From Patescibacteria group bacterium (GTDB lineage: Bacteria > Patescibacteriota > Minisyncoccia > Moranbacterales > DUUL01): a stretch of DNA of 64,000 nucleotides. The notes under the pieces were generated by a model. It searched no databases. It was not told the DNA's origin and saw nothing but the letters and a program-made list of their open reading frames with translations. A program made the translations under genes and the position numbers. Below are positions 38,685 through 48,324 of this stretch, in pieces. The DNA lies in contig JAYEIQ010000006.1 of the NCBI GenBank assembly GCA_034660175.1, forward strand, positions 10,201 through 74,200, read 5' to 3'. Numbering within the stretch: position 1 is the first letter of the stretch; each line of letters begins with the position of its first letter.

Positions 38685-39236
38685 TTAGACTCTTTTAAGT
38701 ATAAATTCTTTGAATTTCAGAAGGGCGATTTTTCGCATGGATATTTCATTCTTTTCGTCCGCGGTCATTTCGGCGTATGTTTTGCCATGGCCATCAGGAA
38801 TGAAAATTGGATCATATCCGAATCCGTTTTCTCCTTTCAGGGATTCCGATATTTCTCCCTTGATAGTTCCGGTGAAAGTGAATACCCCGGTTTGGTCAGC
38901 ATAGGCGATACAAGTGCAAACCGAAGCTTTGCGATTTTTCTCGCCGGAGAGAATCTTGAGAATACCTTCAGGCTTGAGATTGTCCAAAAACCATGTGACT
39001 AATGCGCCTGGCAGTCCATTGAGAGTATCAATGCTCATCCCGGTATCATCAACAATAACAGGTGAATTGGTCAACTTGAAAGCTGATAACGCCTTTACTT
39101 TGGCGACTTCTTCCACATCCAGCGATTGGATTTCAAGAATATCCAGATTCTTTGTTGACACGTCAAGTCCAGTTATTGCCACAACCTCTTCGGCTTTTTT
39201 GTTGTTTCCGGTGATAAATAAGATTTTTTTCTTCAT
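38685..39236 (-). CDS. rdgB: Ham1/RdgB-family non-canonical purine NTP pyrophosphatase
   Basis: FITGNNKK, EIQ, DDTG, LNGLPG, GFGYDPIF, KNEISMR. Confidence 0.9.
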   Translation of the reverse strand: MKKKILFITGNNKKAEEVVAITGLDVSTKNLDILEIQSLDVEEVAKVKALSAFKLTNSPVIVDDTGMSIDTLNGLPGALVTWFLDNLKPEGILKILSGEKNRKASVCTCIAYADQTGVFTFTGTIKGEISESLKGENGFGYDPIFIPDGHGKTYAEMTADEKNEISMRKIALLKFKEFILKRV

Positions 39237-39432
39237 AATGTGTTTCCTTTTCTTATTATCTTGAATTGTATTTGCAATAAAGCTTCTTGTCAAAACGGAT
39301 AAGTTTAATGTGCTTGTTTCTTTGATCTGCTCCAGTATTTTCTTGCCAGCCTGTTGTTCTAACTAACCTCTTTTTCGTTTTGACACTAACAGTTTTGTTG
39401 ATATACTAGATAAGTATAAAAATGCCTTATTT

Positions 39433-40059
39433 ATGAAGATATTGGACAGGATAAAACTTGATAGATTTTTCTTCTTGGGGCTTTTTGTTCTTTTCAGCGT
39501 TTTCGCAAATCAATATGTCAATTTTGTTCGTTGGCAAGATCCTTTAGAGATTCTTTGGTTTTGTGATATGACTGCAGTTTTTTTAGGTGCCGGTCTCATT
39601 TTCAGGAGTAAAAAAATTGTAACTCTGACTTTGGTCATGGCCATCCCAGCTCAATTTTTGTGGATTGTAGATTTCTTTTTGGAGCTATTTGGTGATGGAA
39701 TGGGAAGAACTGCTCAGCTCTGGAGTTATGGAGATGTAGTTTTTTGGTTTTCTGTCAATCTTCATGCTGTTCTTATCCCAATTTCTTTTTATGCTGTTTG
39801 GAATCTTGGTTTTGATAAAAAAGTTTTGGGATATGTTTTGGTTTATGTTTTATTATTGTTGGTTGTAACGTATTTAATGACAGAGCCAGTAGAAAACAGG
39901 AATTGTGTTTTCTATGGATGTGATTCTACTGATCCAGGAAGTGGATATTTGAGATACTTTGTTTTTGATTTTCTTATTCCCTGGCAACTTATTTTCATCG
40001 CTAGCTTCATTGTTCAAAAGAAAATCTTTTCTTTGTTGAAGAAAGACAAAAAGATTTAA
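39433..40059 (+). CDS. Integral membrane protein
   Basis: About six TMs, with LWFCD and ENRNC motifs. Confidence 0.7.
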   Translation: MKILDRIKLDRFFFLGLFVLFSVFANQYVNFVRWQDPLEILWFCDMTAVFLGAGLIFRSKKIVTLTLVMAIPAQFLWIVDFFLELFGDGMGRTAQLWSYGDVVFWFSVNLHAVLIPISFYAVWNLGFDKKVLGYVLVYVLLLLVVTYLMTEPVENRNCVFYGCDSTDPGSGYLRYFVFDFLIPWQLIFIASFIVQKKIFSLLKKDKKI

Positions 40060-40080
40060 GAGTAGGAGTATTATATAAAC

Positions 40081-40773
40081 ATGAAAAAACTTATACCTCT
40101 ATATATTGTGACTTTCGTAGTTGCTTTTTGTTCTCTTATGTATGAGCTGATTTTGGGTCAGACTCTGAGTGCTTTTTTGGGCAATACTGTTTTGCGTTAC
40201 AGTGTGACAATTGGTTTATACATGATGGCTATGGGATTTGGTGCGATGTTTGCAGAGGGAAAATTTACTGAAAAATCGAAGGAAAGCTTCATGAAAATAG
40301 AGCTAGCACTAACTGTTTTTGGGGGTTTTGTTGTTGTTATTTTCTTCTATTTGAGCTATTGGATCGGTGCAGAAGTGCTCTTTTCCTTCATTGTTCACAG
40401 TTTGATCATAGTAATTGGTGTGCTCACTGGTTTTGAAATACCACTCTTGATTGAAATGATGAAAGATTCGAGTAGCAAGGCTGAGGTTCAGGTTCTCGGC
40501 GTTGATTATCTAGGCGCATTTGTAGCTTCTTTGGTTTTTGCTTTTTTGTTCTACCCGAAGCTCGGATTAGTTAGTGCTGCGTTTATCACTGGAATTTTCA
40601 ATGCTCTTGCCGGTCTTTTGGTTTTCTTCAAGGTAAAGGCAAAAAATGACAAGCGAATAACGATGCGCAAGATCGCCTATTTCCAAGGTGCTTTAGTTTT
40701 GATTCTTCTTTTTTTTCTTCTTAACTCTGACACAATAAATAAATGTTTAATCGAGAGTTATTTAAATAAATAG
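40081..40773 (+). CDS. Membrane domain homologous to the N-terminus of membrane-bound spermidine synthases
   Basis: FCSLMYELI...YSVTIGLYMMAMGFG, LTGFEIPL, DYLGA. Paralogous to the next gene's N-terminus. Confidence 0.8.
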   Translation: MKKLIPLYIVTFVVAFCSLMYELILGQTLSAFLGNTVLRYSVTIGLYMMAMGFGAMFAEGKFTEKSKESFMKIELALTVFGGFVVVIFFYLSYWIGAEVLFSFIVHSLIIVIGVLTGFEIPLLIEMMKDSSSKAEVQVLGVDYLGAFVASLVFAFLFYPKLGLVSAAFITGIFNALAGLLVFFKVKAKNDKRITMRKIAYFQGALVLILLFFLLNSDTINKCLIESYLNK

Positions 40774-40777
40774 TTAT

Positions 40778-42661
40778 ATGTCCAAGAAACTTCTATTGAT
40801 ATATTTCGTCACCTTCGTTGTTGCGGCTTGTAGCATTCTTTATGAGTTGTTGCTTGCGAATTCTATTTCTCTTATCGCGGGAAGCACAGTTGTTTGGTAT
40901 AGTGTAACGATAGGTGTCTATTTAGGGGCGATGGGCGTTGGTGCTTTTTACAAAGATAAGATATTTGCTGATACTGAGCTATCACAAAAGCTGTTCAATA
41001 TTGAAGTGATTCTGTCAATTCTGGGAGGGATGGTTGCTGCACTTGTTTCGTTGTCGTATTCTCTTAGTGTCTATTTTATTTCTCTTTATTGGGGCCAAAT
41101 GGCAATTGCCTTTTTCTTTTTTATGGGTATTACCTTGGTTTTTGCAGTAGGCTTTCTTTCTGGAATTGAATTACCGCTCTTGATGGAGATTGGGAATGAT
41201 CTTAATAAAGGAAAAAGAAGGATTTCGAACAGAATTCTTGGCGCTGATTATTTTGGTTCGTTGGCCGGTGCTGTGCTTTTCCCTATTGTTCTTGTTCCAA
41301 ATTTAAGTAGCTATCAAATTGGTTTTATAGTGGCACTGGCAAATGTTGTCATGGCTCTTGTTGTTTTGCTTTCCTTAGCGAGAAAAAAAAATAACACATC
41401 TTCTCGCAAAATAATTGGGTTAATTGTTTTGTTTGTTTTGGTCTTTGGTCTTTTTCGCAGTTGGCAAATCGAACAGTTTTTTGCAAAAAAATACTACTAT
41501 TATCTTGATGCAGGGGAGAGTTTTGGAGCTATTTTTTCAAAAATGAAAGATTATCCAGACATTGAGAGGATTCGTTCACCATATCAGCAAATAGACATTA
41601 TGGAGCCAGTCGAGTTCGGTCCTTCTGATTTTCTGGTTGGTTCATATTTTAACTATGAGAGCAATAATGATATCATTGACGAACGAATGGTATTTCTTAA
41701 TGGTGATTGGCAATTTGCTACATATGTGGAAAGGGTCTATCATGAATATTTTGCACATGTTCCAATGGGAGTTTCTGAGAATGTACCAAAAAAAGTACTC
41801 GTGCTTGGTGGTGGTGACGGGATGTTGATCCGTGAGCTTTTGAAATATTCCGAGATTGGGGAGATTGTGCATGTTGAGCTTGATGGAAAAATGATCGAGT
41901 TGGCAAAACAGCATCCGATCTTGAGCACTGCTAATAAGAATTCACTTCACAATGAAAAAGTGGACACCATTGTTGATGACGCCTTTCGCTATGTCAAGAG
42001 AACTGAAAGAGAATTCGACGCCATTTATATAGATTTTCCCGTACCAGCAGACTATAATATTTCAAAGGTTTATAGCAGGGAGTTTTACTTTTTTGTTGAA
42101 GACTGTTTAGCTGATGATGGTTTTCTTGTGATGTATGCGCCTGGTGTGGGATCATTTTCTGATTTCAACGAGGAAGGAAAGGTTATCCCAAATGAAGAGC
42201 TTTCACCTTGGTTTCAGTATTATCACACACTCAAATCTGCGGGATTTCAGACTATAGTTCCTTATCTTTCGCTCTTGGAAGTTGACAATCCAAACGCTTG
42301 GGAGGTCGCTGGCGAGCTTGTGGATATCCAGGAAGCAGAGGTAAACAAAGGAAAACCGATCGAAGAGATCAATGGATTGACTGAGGAGGAGAGATGGGGG
42401 AGAATTGAAAAGATGGTGCGTGCCCATGTGCTGAGTTTGGCTGAGAGCTTCATAATTGCCAGAAAAGATGAGGTTCATGTGTTCGGAGTTCACGAACATG
42501 ATGTTGAAACGATAATCGGTCCCAAGAGGATTCATCTTGCCTTCGATGTTCCGTTCACTAAGGATGAGGAAGTGAACTGGAGATATGTGAATTCGATAAT
42601 GAAACCAACGTTACCCCATTTTTCTGTTTGGAGAATTCGTTTTCCATACAAGATCAACTGA
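40778..42661 (+). CDS. speE: Membrane-bound spermidine synthase-like aminopropyltransferase
   Basis: TM domain, then SPYQQI, LNGDWQF, YHE, VLVLGGGDG, VELD, DDA, IDFP. Confidence 0.8.
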   Translation: MSKKLLLIYFVTFVVAACSILYELLLANSISLIAGSTVVWYSVTIGVYLGAMGVGAFYKDKIFADTELSQKLFNIEVILSILGGMVAALVSLSYSLSVYFISLYWGQMAIAFFFFMGITLVFAVGFLSGIELPLLMEIGNDLNKGKRRISNRILGADYFGSLAGAVLFPIVLVPNLSSYQIGFIVALANVVMALVVLLSLARKKNNTSSRKIIGLIVLFVLVFGLFRSWQIEQFFAKKYYYYLDAGESFGAIFSKMKDYPDIERIRSPYQQIDIMEPVEFGPSDFLVGSYFNYESNNDIIDERMVFLNGDWQFATYVERVYHEYFAHVPMGVSENVPKKVLVLGGGDGMLIRELLKYSEIGEIVHVELDGKMIELAKQHPILSTANKNSLHNEKVDTIVDDAFRYVKRTEREFDAIYIDFPVPADYNISKVYSREFYFFVEDCLADDGFLVMYAPGVGSFSDFNEEGKVIPNEELSPWFQYYHTLKSAGFQTIVPYLSLLEVDNPNAWEVAGELVDIQEAEVNKGKPIEEINGLTEEERWGRIEKMVRAHVLSLAESFIIARKDEVHVFGVHEHDVETIIGPKRIHLAFDVPFTKDEEVNWRYVNSIMKPTLPHFSVWRIRFPYKIN

Positions 42662-42774
42662 CATCGAAATGCTTGAAATAATTTGAGAGAGTGCTATGAT
42701 GGACTGATGCAAAAAAGAAACTTGAAAAATTGGAGCTTACAAGAAATCAATCAAAGTGGCACAAGGAGGACAAT

Positions 42775-43428
42775 ATGTCTATCGAACAGAAGTATCCGTC
42801 AAACGTGACGGCGAAAGGGATGGTGTACTTTTTTATTTTAAAGAACGTTATTTGTCGATTAGTTTGTTGGTTGTGGGTCAGAAAGATAAGTGGAATTGAG
42901 AAAATTCCTCGAAGAGGTCCATTTCTGATTGTGTGCAATCACCAATCTCATCTCGACTTCATGGTGCTCACATTTGCATTCAGATCGATCAGATTTTTGT
43001 CTAGTTTTATCAAGGATGCATACCATGATGTTCCGTGTTTAGATTTCTTTTTGAAGGAGTTGGCTCAGATAAGAGTTGACAGAAACAACAAACTGAAGTC
43101 TATAGATGAGGCTATCAGAGTTCTAAGTGAGAATCATGTTGTTGTTATTTTTCCGGAAGGAACCAGAATAAGATCAGGAAAAATTGGCAAATTTTATCGA
43201 GGGGTTGAGCTAATTATTAAAAATCTTCCTCATGTTCGCATTGTTCCTGTAGGGATCAGCGGAGCAAGAAAGATTTGGTCGCCAAAACATCCATGGCCCA
43301 ACTTCTTTGGTGGAAGGCAAATAACCTTTTCTGTTGGAGACGCAATGGAATTGACTAACTTTGAAGAAATGGACGCAAAACAATTTGCTGATAATGTCAG
43401 AGGAGCGGTGATTTCTCTTGTAAAATGA
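42775..43428 (+). CDS. PlsC-family lysophospholipid acyltransferase
   Basis: NHQSHLD (HX4D) and FPEGTR. AAGGAGG precedes ATG 42775. Confidence 0.88.
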   Translation: MSIEQKYPSNVTAKGMVYFFILKNVICRLVCWLWVRKISGIEKIPRRGPFLIVCNHQSHLDFMVLTFAFRSIRFLSSFIKDAYHDVPCLDFFLKELAQIRVDRNNKLKSIDEAIRVLSENHVVVIFPEGTRIRSGKIGKFYRGVELIIKNLPHVRIVPVGISGARKIWSPKHPWPNFFGGRQITFSVGDAMELTNFEEMDAKQFADNVRGAVISLVK

Positions 43429-43449
43429 ATAGTTTCGTGTTTTCTAAAT

Positions 43450-43485
43450 AGAGCCCCTGGCAGAATCAATGTCAGGGCTCTTTTT
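43450..43485 (+). terminator. Intrinsic terminator
   Basis: AGAGCCCTGGCA...TGTCAGGGCTCT followed by a T-run. Confidence 0.7.
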
Positions 43486-43556
43486 ATTTCCTAAAAAGGT
43501 TTAGAACAGCTTTTTTTGTATAAACATAACAAAGACAAAGGTCGAGGGTATAGTCC

Positions 43557-43585
43557 TTGACAAAACATTGAAAAAATGATATAAT
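43557..43585 (+). promoter_or_regulatory. Consensus sigma70 promoter
   Basis: TTGACA-17 nt-TATAAT with TGn extension. Confidence 0.8.
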
Positions 43586-43687
43586 AATGCAATTACAATG
43601 AAGATGGGCAGAAAGTGGACTTTCCTTTTGAAAAGCCAAAATCATGCGAGGTCTTTGTTGTAAAGTAGCTTGAAAATTTATTAACCA

Positions 43688-43740
43688 CTCAAATCTACGC
43701 TCACGTGGTACTAGCCACTCACGAGCACAGAAAAGGAGGA
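43688..43740 (+). promoter_or_regulatory. Structured leader motif copy 1 plus SD
   Basis: CTCAAATCTACGCTCACGTGG-TACTAG-CCACTCACGAGCACAGAAAAGGAG. Confidence 0.55.
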
Positions 43741-43746
43741 AACCAA

Positions 43747-44031
43747 ATGGCAGAGAAGCATTCACTTTCTAGGTTGAAGGATTTTTCTGGTCCGATCACT
43801 AAACCATTCATTGAGAATGGTCGGTGGTGTGGCGTATTTATTGCAACGCTTGTTGAGACAGCAAAGCAAATGAGTCCCAACAAGGCGAAAAATGCAGCAT
43901 ATGAACTTTGTGTCAATGAATGTTTGCATCGAAAAACAGCAGACCACTTTTCTAAATCTTGCAGATTTCTGGCAATCTTAAGAAGAGATTATCCTGTTGA
44001 TTTCTATCAAGTGATTGGTGAAGAAGAATAG
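43747..44031 (+). CDS. Hypothetical protein (94 aa)
   Basis: Strong SD AAGGAGG before ATG 43747. Confidence 0.6.
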   Translation: MAEKHSLSRLKDFSGPITKPFIENGRWCGVFIATLVETAKQMSPNKAKNAAYELCVNECLHRKTADHFSKSCRFLAILRRDYPVDFYQVIGEEE

Positions 44032-44038
44032 TTCCAAT

Positions 44039-44090
44039 CTCACATCTACGCTCACGAGCAATTATTGCTCAAGAGCACGGAAAAGGAGAA
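44039..44090 (+). promoter_or_regulatory. Structured leader motif copy 2 plus SD
   Basis: CTCACATCTACGCTCACGAGCAA-TTA-TTGCTCAAGAGCACGGAAAAGGAG. Confidence 0.55.
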
Positions 44091-44094
44091 TGAC

Positions 44095-45141
44095 ATGAAA
44101 ATAATTCAAAAAAGCTTGCTCGTCAGTTTACTCATTATAACAGGTCTAGTCGTGTTTTCGGTCATTTCGTTTTTGTTGAAAGACTGGTATCTGTTCGGAG
44201 GGTCTTCATTCTTAGGACTGGTAACTCTATATTTGACAATTTTCAGAGTGAAAGATGTCTTCATCGCTATTCCCTCCAGTATATTTGTTGGTCGGATAAG
44301 AGGTTTGGACGAAAATAGCTTTTCCATTCCGATCGGAAAACCTTATAAGGAGGGTATCCACTTAAAGCCATTTTGGTGGCGACTGACTTTCGAGTCACGG
44401 AGTGTCAAGCAATTGAAAATTGACAAGCAAGAATATCAGGTTGGTTCTGGCGGAACTGTTCTGGTCAGTGGGCTGGTTCAGTATCGAGTCTCAGATGTCA
44501 CAGGGTATCGGGTTGCGGAAATAGGCCAACAAGAAGTGGTCGATGGAATCTCTTCCGAGGTTGACCAAATCATCATCAAATGCCTGGGAAGAATCCTCTC
44601 TGCTGATGATGTCGCAAAAGGGGATGGGGGTGCTTTGGAAGGTGAAACCAAAATGTCTCTGGATATAGAAGCGAGTGGAGAGGTGAATGTTTTTTCTGGT
44701 ATTGACATCGCTATCCAATCCAAGGCAAAACTGAACATAGAATTGGAAGTGCAGTTTGGAAAAATGGAACTTGACAGTCAAGGCAGAACCAGGAGGCTCT
44801 TCGCTCATGATGTTGCATACGCCGAACAAAGCTATGGAGTGGAAATCCTCAAGGCTAGAATCGACAAGATCGACCCGATCGATGAGATCAAAAAAAGTCG
44901 GGACAATATCCAGGTTGAGAGGTATGAAGTGCGTAGTGAAAAAATTCAGATTGCACACTTTGCAAACAGAGTGGAAGAAACGAAAGATAAACTCGGAATT
45001 GAAACCGAGAGGGCGATTGAGATTGTTATGCTCAACATGAAGCTCACCACCAAAGACATCAAACAATTTCAGGTTGATGGCGTTGCCGGATTGGCGACGT
45101 TGGTCGAGAGTTTTCTCAAGAACAAAGGAGGTAAATTATGA
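44095..45141 (+). CDS. SPFH/band-7 domain membrane protein
   Basis: Two N-terminal TMs, EGIHLKPFW, VLVSGLVQYRVSD, YGVEILKARIDKIDP. Confidence 0.7.
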   Translation: MKIIQKSLLVSLLIITGLVVFSVISFLLKDWYLFGGSSFLGLVTLYLTIFRVKDVFIAIPSSIFVGRIRGLDENSFSIPIGKPYKEGIHLKPFWWRLTFESRSVKQLKIDKQEYQVGSGGTVLVSGLVQYRVSDVTGYRVAEIGQQEVVDGISSEVDQIIIKCLGRILSADDVAKGDGGALEGETKMSLDIEASGEVNVFSGIDIAIQSKAKLNIELEVQFGKMELDSQGRTRRLFAHDVAYAEQSYGVEILKARIDKIDPIDEIKKSRDNIQVERYEVRSEKIQIAHFANRVEETKDKLGIETERAIEIVMLNMKLTTKDIKQFQVDGVAGLATLVESFLKNKGGKL

Positions 45142-45845
45142 GCAGCATAATTATTAGTTGCATGTTTGTTCTTGTTGCTATTGGGCTGCTCATGTGGGGC
45201 AGAAACTGGAGCAGTTCCGGAGGACTGTCGGTGCTAGACAGAATTAAGAGACTGGGAAGTTTTGTTCGTGTACCCAGTTTTATAAAAAAACTGTCACCGA
45301 TCAGGATAATCAATTTATTTATTGTTGCTGGGTCAGGTGTCATTTTTTTTGGGGGTGTTGCTTACATTCTAAGTGACGTCGGAGGCGTTGATTTGTTTGA
45401 TGCCACCGAGAAGGCAGCACAAAGGGCTCTGGGTAGTAAACCCGCAGCTCAAACAACTCCTGAGGTTCAAATCGACCTGGCAAACCTATTCGATTTGAGC
45501 CAAGAGCGTCGAATGTTGACGCTCAACTGTAGGTATCAAAAGGTCATTTTGACGAGTGACCTGAAGATCCAAGCAACGGGTGGCAAGACATATGCGCTGT
45601 TTGGGTCTGAAGATACAGGGATAGCCAAGGTAAAGCTTGCAAACCTTGGTTATCAAAAAGTTGAAGGGCGACTGGAACGGACAAACACGTTCCTCGTTCT
45701 TCGCAGAGGAAGTATAATTGACTTCCTCGAGGGCGACAGAACTATAAATTTCGTCGCTTCCGGGGGTCACAAGGTGTATCTTGTGCCAAAAACACAAGGT
45801 GCATCTATTGTCTTTTCCTACAAGGAGTTCAAAGGACCCGTGTAG
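45138..45845 (+). CDS. Hypothetical membrane protein
   Basis: Overlapping start (ATGA) with GGAGG SD. Two TMs. Confidence 0.6.
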   Translation: MSSIIISCMFVLVAIGLLMWGRNWSSSGGLSVLDRIKRLGSFVRVPSFIKKLSPIRIINLFIVAGSGVIFFGGVAYILSDVGGVDLFDATEKAAQRALGSKPAAQTTPEVQIDLANLFDLSQERRMLTLNCRYQKVILTSDLKIQATGGKTYALFGSEDTGIAKVKLANLGYQKVEGRLERTNTFLVLRRGSIIDFLEGDRTINFVASGGHKVYLVPKTQGASIVFSYKEFKGPV

Positions 45846-45859
45846 GAATGAAAAAGAAA

Positions 45860-45897
45860 AGCTCACCTAGCGCAGCGACGCCGGGTGAGTTTTTTTG
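45860..45897. terminator. Terminator between convergent operons
   Basis: GCTCACCT...GGGTGAGT followed by a T-run and preceded by an A-run. Confidence 0.65.
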
Positions 45898-45912
45898 TTG
45901 GAAAAACTTGTT

Positions 45913-46278
45913 TTATGAAAGAAGATATTCGATGGTGTAGACAATAATCAGTGCGCCACACACAATGGTGACGGCAATGATGGAATAAACAAAATTATGC
46001 TTGGCATTCTCTGCCATGGATGTGCTTCCGAAAGAAAGAAGATACTGAATTCCAGTTACGATGAAGCTGATGATGGAAAGCATCAAGAATACGATTAGAA
46101 TCCAACCAAGAACTGTTGTTGTTACAGTTATGACGGGATTTACTCCTCCAGGATCAGGCAAGCCTGTTCCGTTTGGAATTGCAACAGCGTGAACTGGGCT
46201 GAAAAATCCAAAGACTCCTGCTGTCAGCAAAAAAATAAAGGAAAGTGTGACCAGTGAAAGAAGTTGTTTTTTTCGCAT
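45913..46278 (-). CDS. VirB2/TrbC-like pilin
   Basis: Signal peptide (VHA), TM-GIQYLLSFG..AENAKHN-TM. Start at 46278. Confidence 0.75.
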   Translation of the reverse strand: MRKKQLLSLVTLSFIFLLTAGVFGFFSPVHAVAIPNGTGLPDPGGVNPVITVTTTVLGWILIVFLMLSIISFIVTGIQYLLSFGSTSMAENAKHNFVYSIIAVTIVCGALIIVYTIEYLLS

Positions 46279-46295
46279 TTTTTTGTTTTGTTTTT

Positions 46296-46931
46296 TTAAA
46301 CTAAGTCCGCAACGAGTCTGATGATTGAATATGATCCAATTGCAACGGCAAGGCCAATAATGGAATAAACTATCCATTTTTTTGCTCTGCCTGTAACATT
46401 TGGGTCTCCGCCAGACAAAATCAACATGAGACCAGAAGCAACAAATGCTATGACTGCCAGATATGTCAAAACCAGGAGCAACCAAAGCATTATTCTCAGG
46501 AAGATTGAATCAACCATTCCTGGCATTCCCAAACCTAAGAGAGTGAATACTGTGCTGAGAAATGGAATTCCAATCAATGTTGCTATTGTTATGACAATAG
46601 AAAGTGAGGCAAGGGCAACAGCCAAACCGAAAATTGCATAAGTGATCCATCGTTTGGCTCTGCTGGCAAGGTCAGCATTCCCTCCTGAGATGATAAGCAT
46701 TATACCTGCTGCAACAAATGCCATAACAGATAAAAGTGTAAGAACTGAAAACAACCATAGTAGAACAGTTATAAGCACAAGCAAAAAGTCGGTTGTTGGT
46801 AGCATGGATGTGTTCGTGGCAAGGTTTAAACCCGTGTTCCACTGAGCGGAGGCTATGAAAGGTATTGCTAGAAGCGACAGAATGGATGATCCTATCAAAA
46901 GATTACTAAGTTTTTTTTGTATCTTTTTCAT
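46296..46931 (-). CDS. Tandem double VirB2-like pilin
   Basis: Two repeats: SGGNADLASRAKRWITYAIFGL and SGGDPNVTGRAKKWIVYSIIGL. Confidence 0.78.
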   Translation of the reverse strand: MKKIQKKLSNLLIGSSILSLLAIPFIASAQWNTGLNLATNTSMLPTTDFLLVLITVLLWLFSVLTLLSVMAFVAAGIMLIISGGNADLASRAKRWITYAIFGLAVALASLSIVITIATLIGIPFLSTVFTLLGLGMPGMVDSIFLRIMLWLLLVLTYLAVIAFVASGLMLILSGGDPNVTGRAKKWIVYSIIGLAVAIGSYSIIRLVADLV

Positions 46932-46954
46932 GAAAAAGAGTTTAGTGAGTTATT

Positions 46955-47296
46955 TTAATTTAAAAAATGTTTAATTACATTGATTATCACATAACCTACA
47001 AGAGAAAGGATTATTCCCACTAAGGAAGCCATTCCAGTTTTTCTTGCTCCACCGAGAACATTCTCATCTCCTCCTGCAACGATGAATTTTATTCCAGAAA
47101 AGACAAGTCCTATAAGTGAAGAGAGGAACAATAGAGCAAGAAATACATTCATTGCATCAGTAACTGTGTTAAAAGTTTCTCTTCCCTGAATTGAAAATTC
47201 AGAAGGAGTTTCTTTTGGTTGTTCGACAAACTGTGCGTGCGTTAATAATGGAACAAACAAAAAAGCACAAGAAAAAAGAAGTATTTTTGTTTTCAT
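46955..47296 (-). CDS. VirB2/TrbC-like pilin
   Basis: SGIKFIVAGGDENVLGGARK..SLVG. Confidence 0.75.
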   Translation of the reverse strand: MKTKILLFSCAFLFVPLLTHAQFVEQPKETPSEFSIQGRETFNTVTDAMNVFLALLFLSSLIGLVFSGIKFIVAGGDENVLGGARKTGMASLVGIILSLVGYVIINVIKHFLN

Positions 47297-47437
47297 AGAA
47301 GAAAGTTTTGCTGGTTTTTTGTAATTTTTTTGATTTCGACAAAGACATATTTACTTCATTTTAGCAAACCAGAGTCAAAATAACAAGCCTCGTAAAGAGG
47401 CTTGTTATGTGAGATAGTCTTCCTAGGAAGAAGATCT

Positions 47438-47803
47438 TTATCTGCCTTGGACTGTTGTAGAAAGTGTTTCAGCAACAAAGCGAACTACGATGTAACCTAA
47501 CAATGCAACAACAATTCCAATGATTGAATAGGTGAGCCACTTTCGAGCATCGTCTGCTCGATCTGATCCACCTGCTGTAACGAACATGATTCCAGAAATG
47601 ACGAATCCAATTACAGCAACGAAGGTCAAGATCAAAAGCAACCATTGCAAGACAGTAAAGATAATGCCGGCTATGGTAGAGTTCTGTAGTGCTGTTGTGC
47701 CTCTGTCTCGATCAACGTCAAATTGAGCGCCAACCAAAAGAGGAGCTCCCATTACCAAAGTTGCAACTCCAAAGGCCATCAATTTTTTTGTACTAAGTTT
47801 CAT
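47438..47803 (-). CDS. VirB2/TrbC-like pilin (copy 1)
   Basis: SGIMFVTAGGSDRADDARKWLTYSIIG. SD AGCGAGGTG. Confidence 0.82.
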   Translation of the reverse strand: MKLSTKKLMAFGVATLVMGAPLLVGAQFDVDRDRGTTALQNSTIAGIIFTVLQWLLLILTFVAVIGFVISGIMFVTAGGSDRADDARKWLTYSIIGIVVALLGYIVVRFVAETLSTTVQGR

Positions 47804-47958
47804 TGTAACACCTCGCTTTCTAGATTTATTTTTATTTTTCGGATATAAAACTTGACTTGTCCGAATGTTATTTACTTCATTTTAGCAAACCAGAGTCAAA
47901 ATAACAAGCCTCGTAAAGAGGCTTGTTATGTGAGATAGTCTTCCTAGGAAGACTATCT

Positions 47959-48324
47959 TTATCTGCCTTGGACTGTTGTAGAAAGTGTTTCAGCAACAAA
48001 GCGAACTACGATGTAACCTAACAATGCAACAACAATTCCAATGATTGAATAGGTGAGCCACTTTCGAGCATCGTCTGCTCGATCTGATCCACCTGCTGTA
48101 ACGAACATGATTCCAGAAATGACGAATCCAATTACAGCAACGAAGGTCAAGATCAAAAGCAACCATTGCAAGACAGTAAAGATAATGCCGGCTATGGTAG
48201 AGTTCTGTAGTGCTGTTGTGCCTCTGTCTCGATCAACGTCAAATTGAGCGCCAACCAAAAGAGGAGCTCCCATTACCAAAGTTGCAACTCCAAAGGCCAT
48301 CAATTTTTTTGTACTAAGTTTCAT
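47959..48324 (-). CDS. VirB2/TrbC-like pilin (copy 2, identical protein)
   Basis: Translation identical to 47438-47803. Confidence 0.82.
   Translation of the reverse strand: MKLSTKKLMAFGVATLVMGAPLLVGAQFDVDRDRGTTALQNSTIAGIIFTVLQWLLLILTFVAVIGFVISGIMFVTAGGSDRADDARKWLTYSIIGIVVALLGYIVVRFVAETLSTTVQGR

Noticed and set aside
38223-39002. ORFs of 88-228 aa over tRNA-Trp and antisense to rdgB
   Set aside because: They overlap a tRNA, a structured repeat and a real gene on the other strand.
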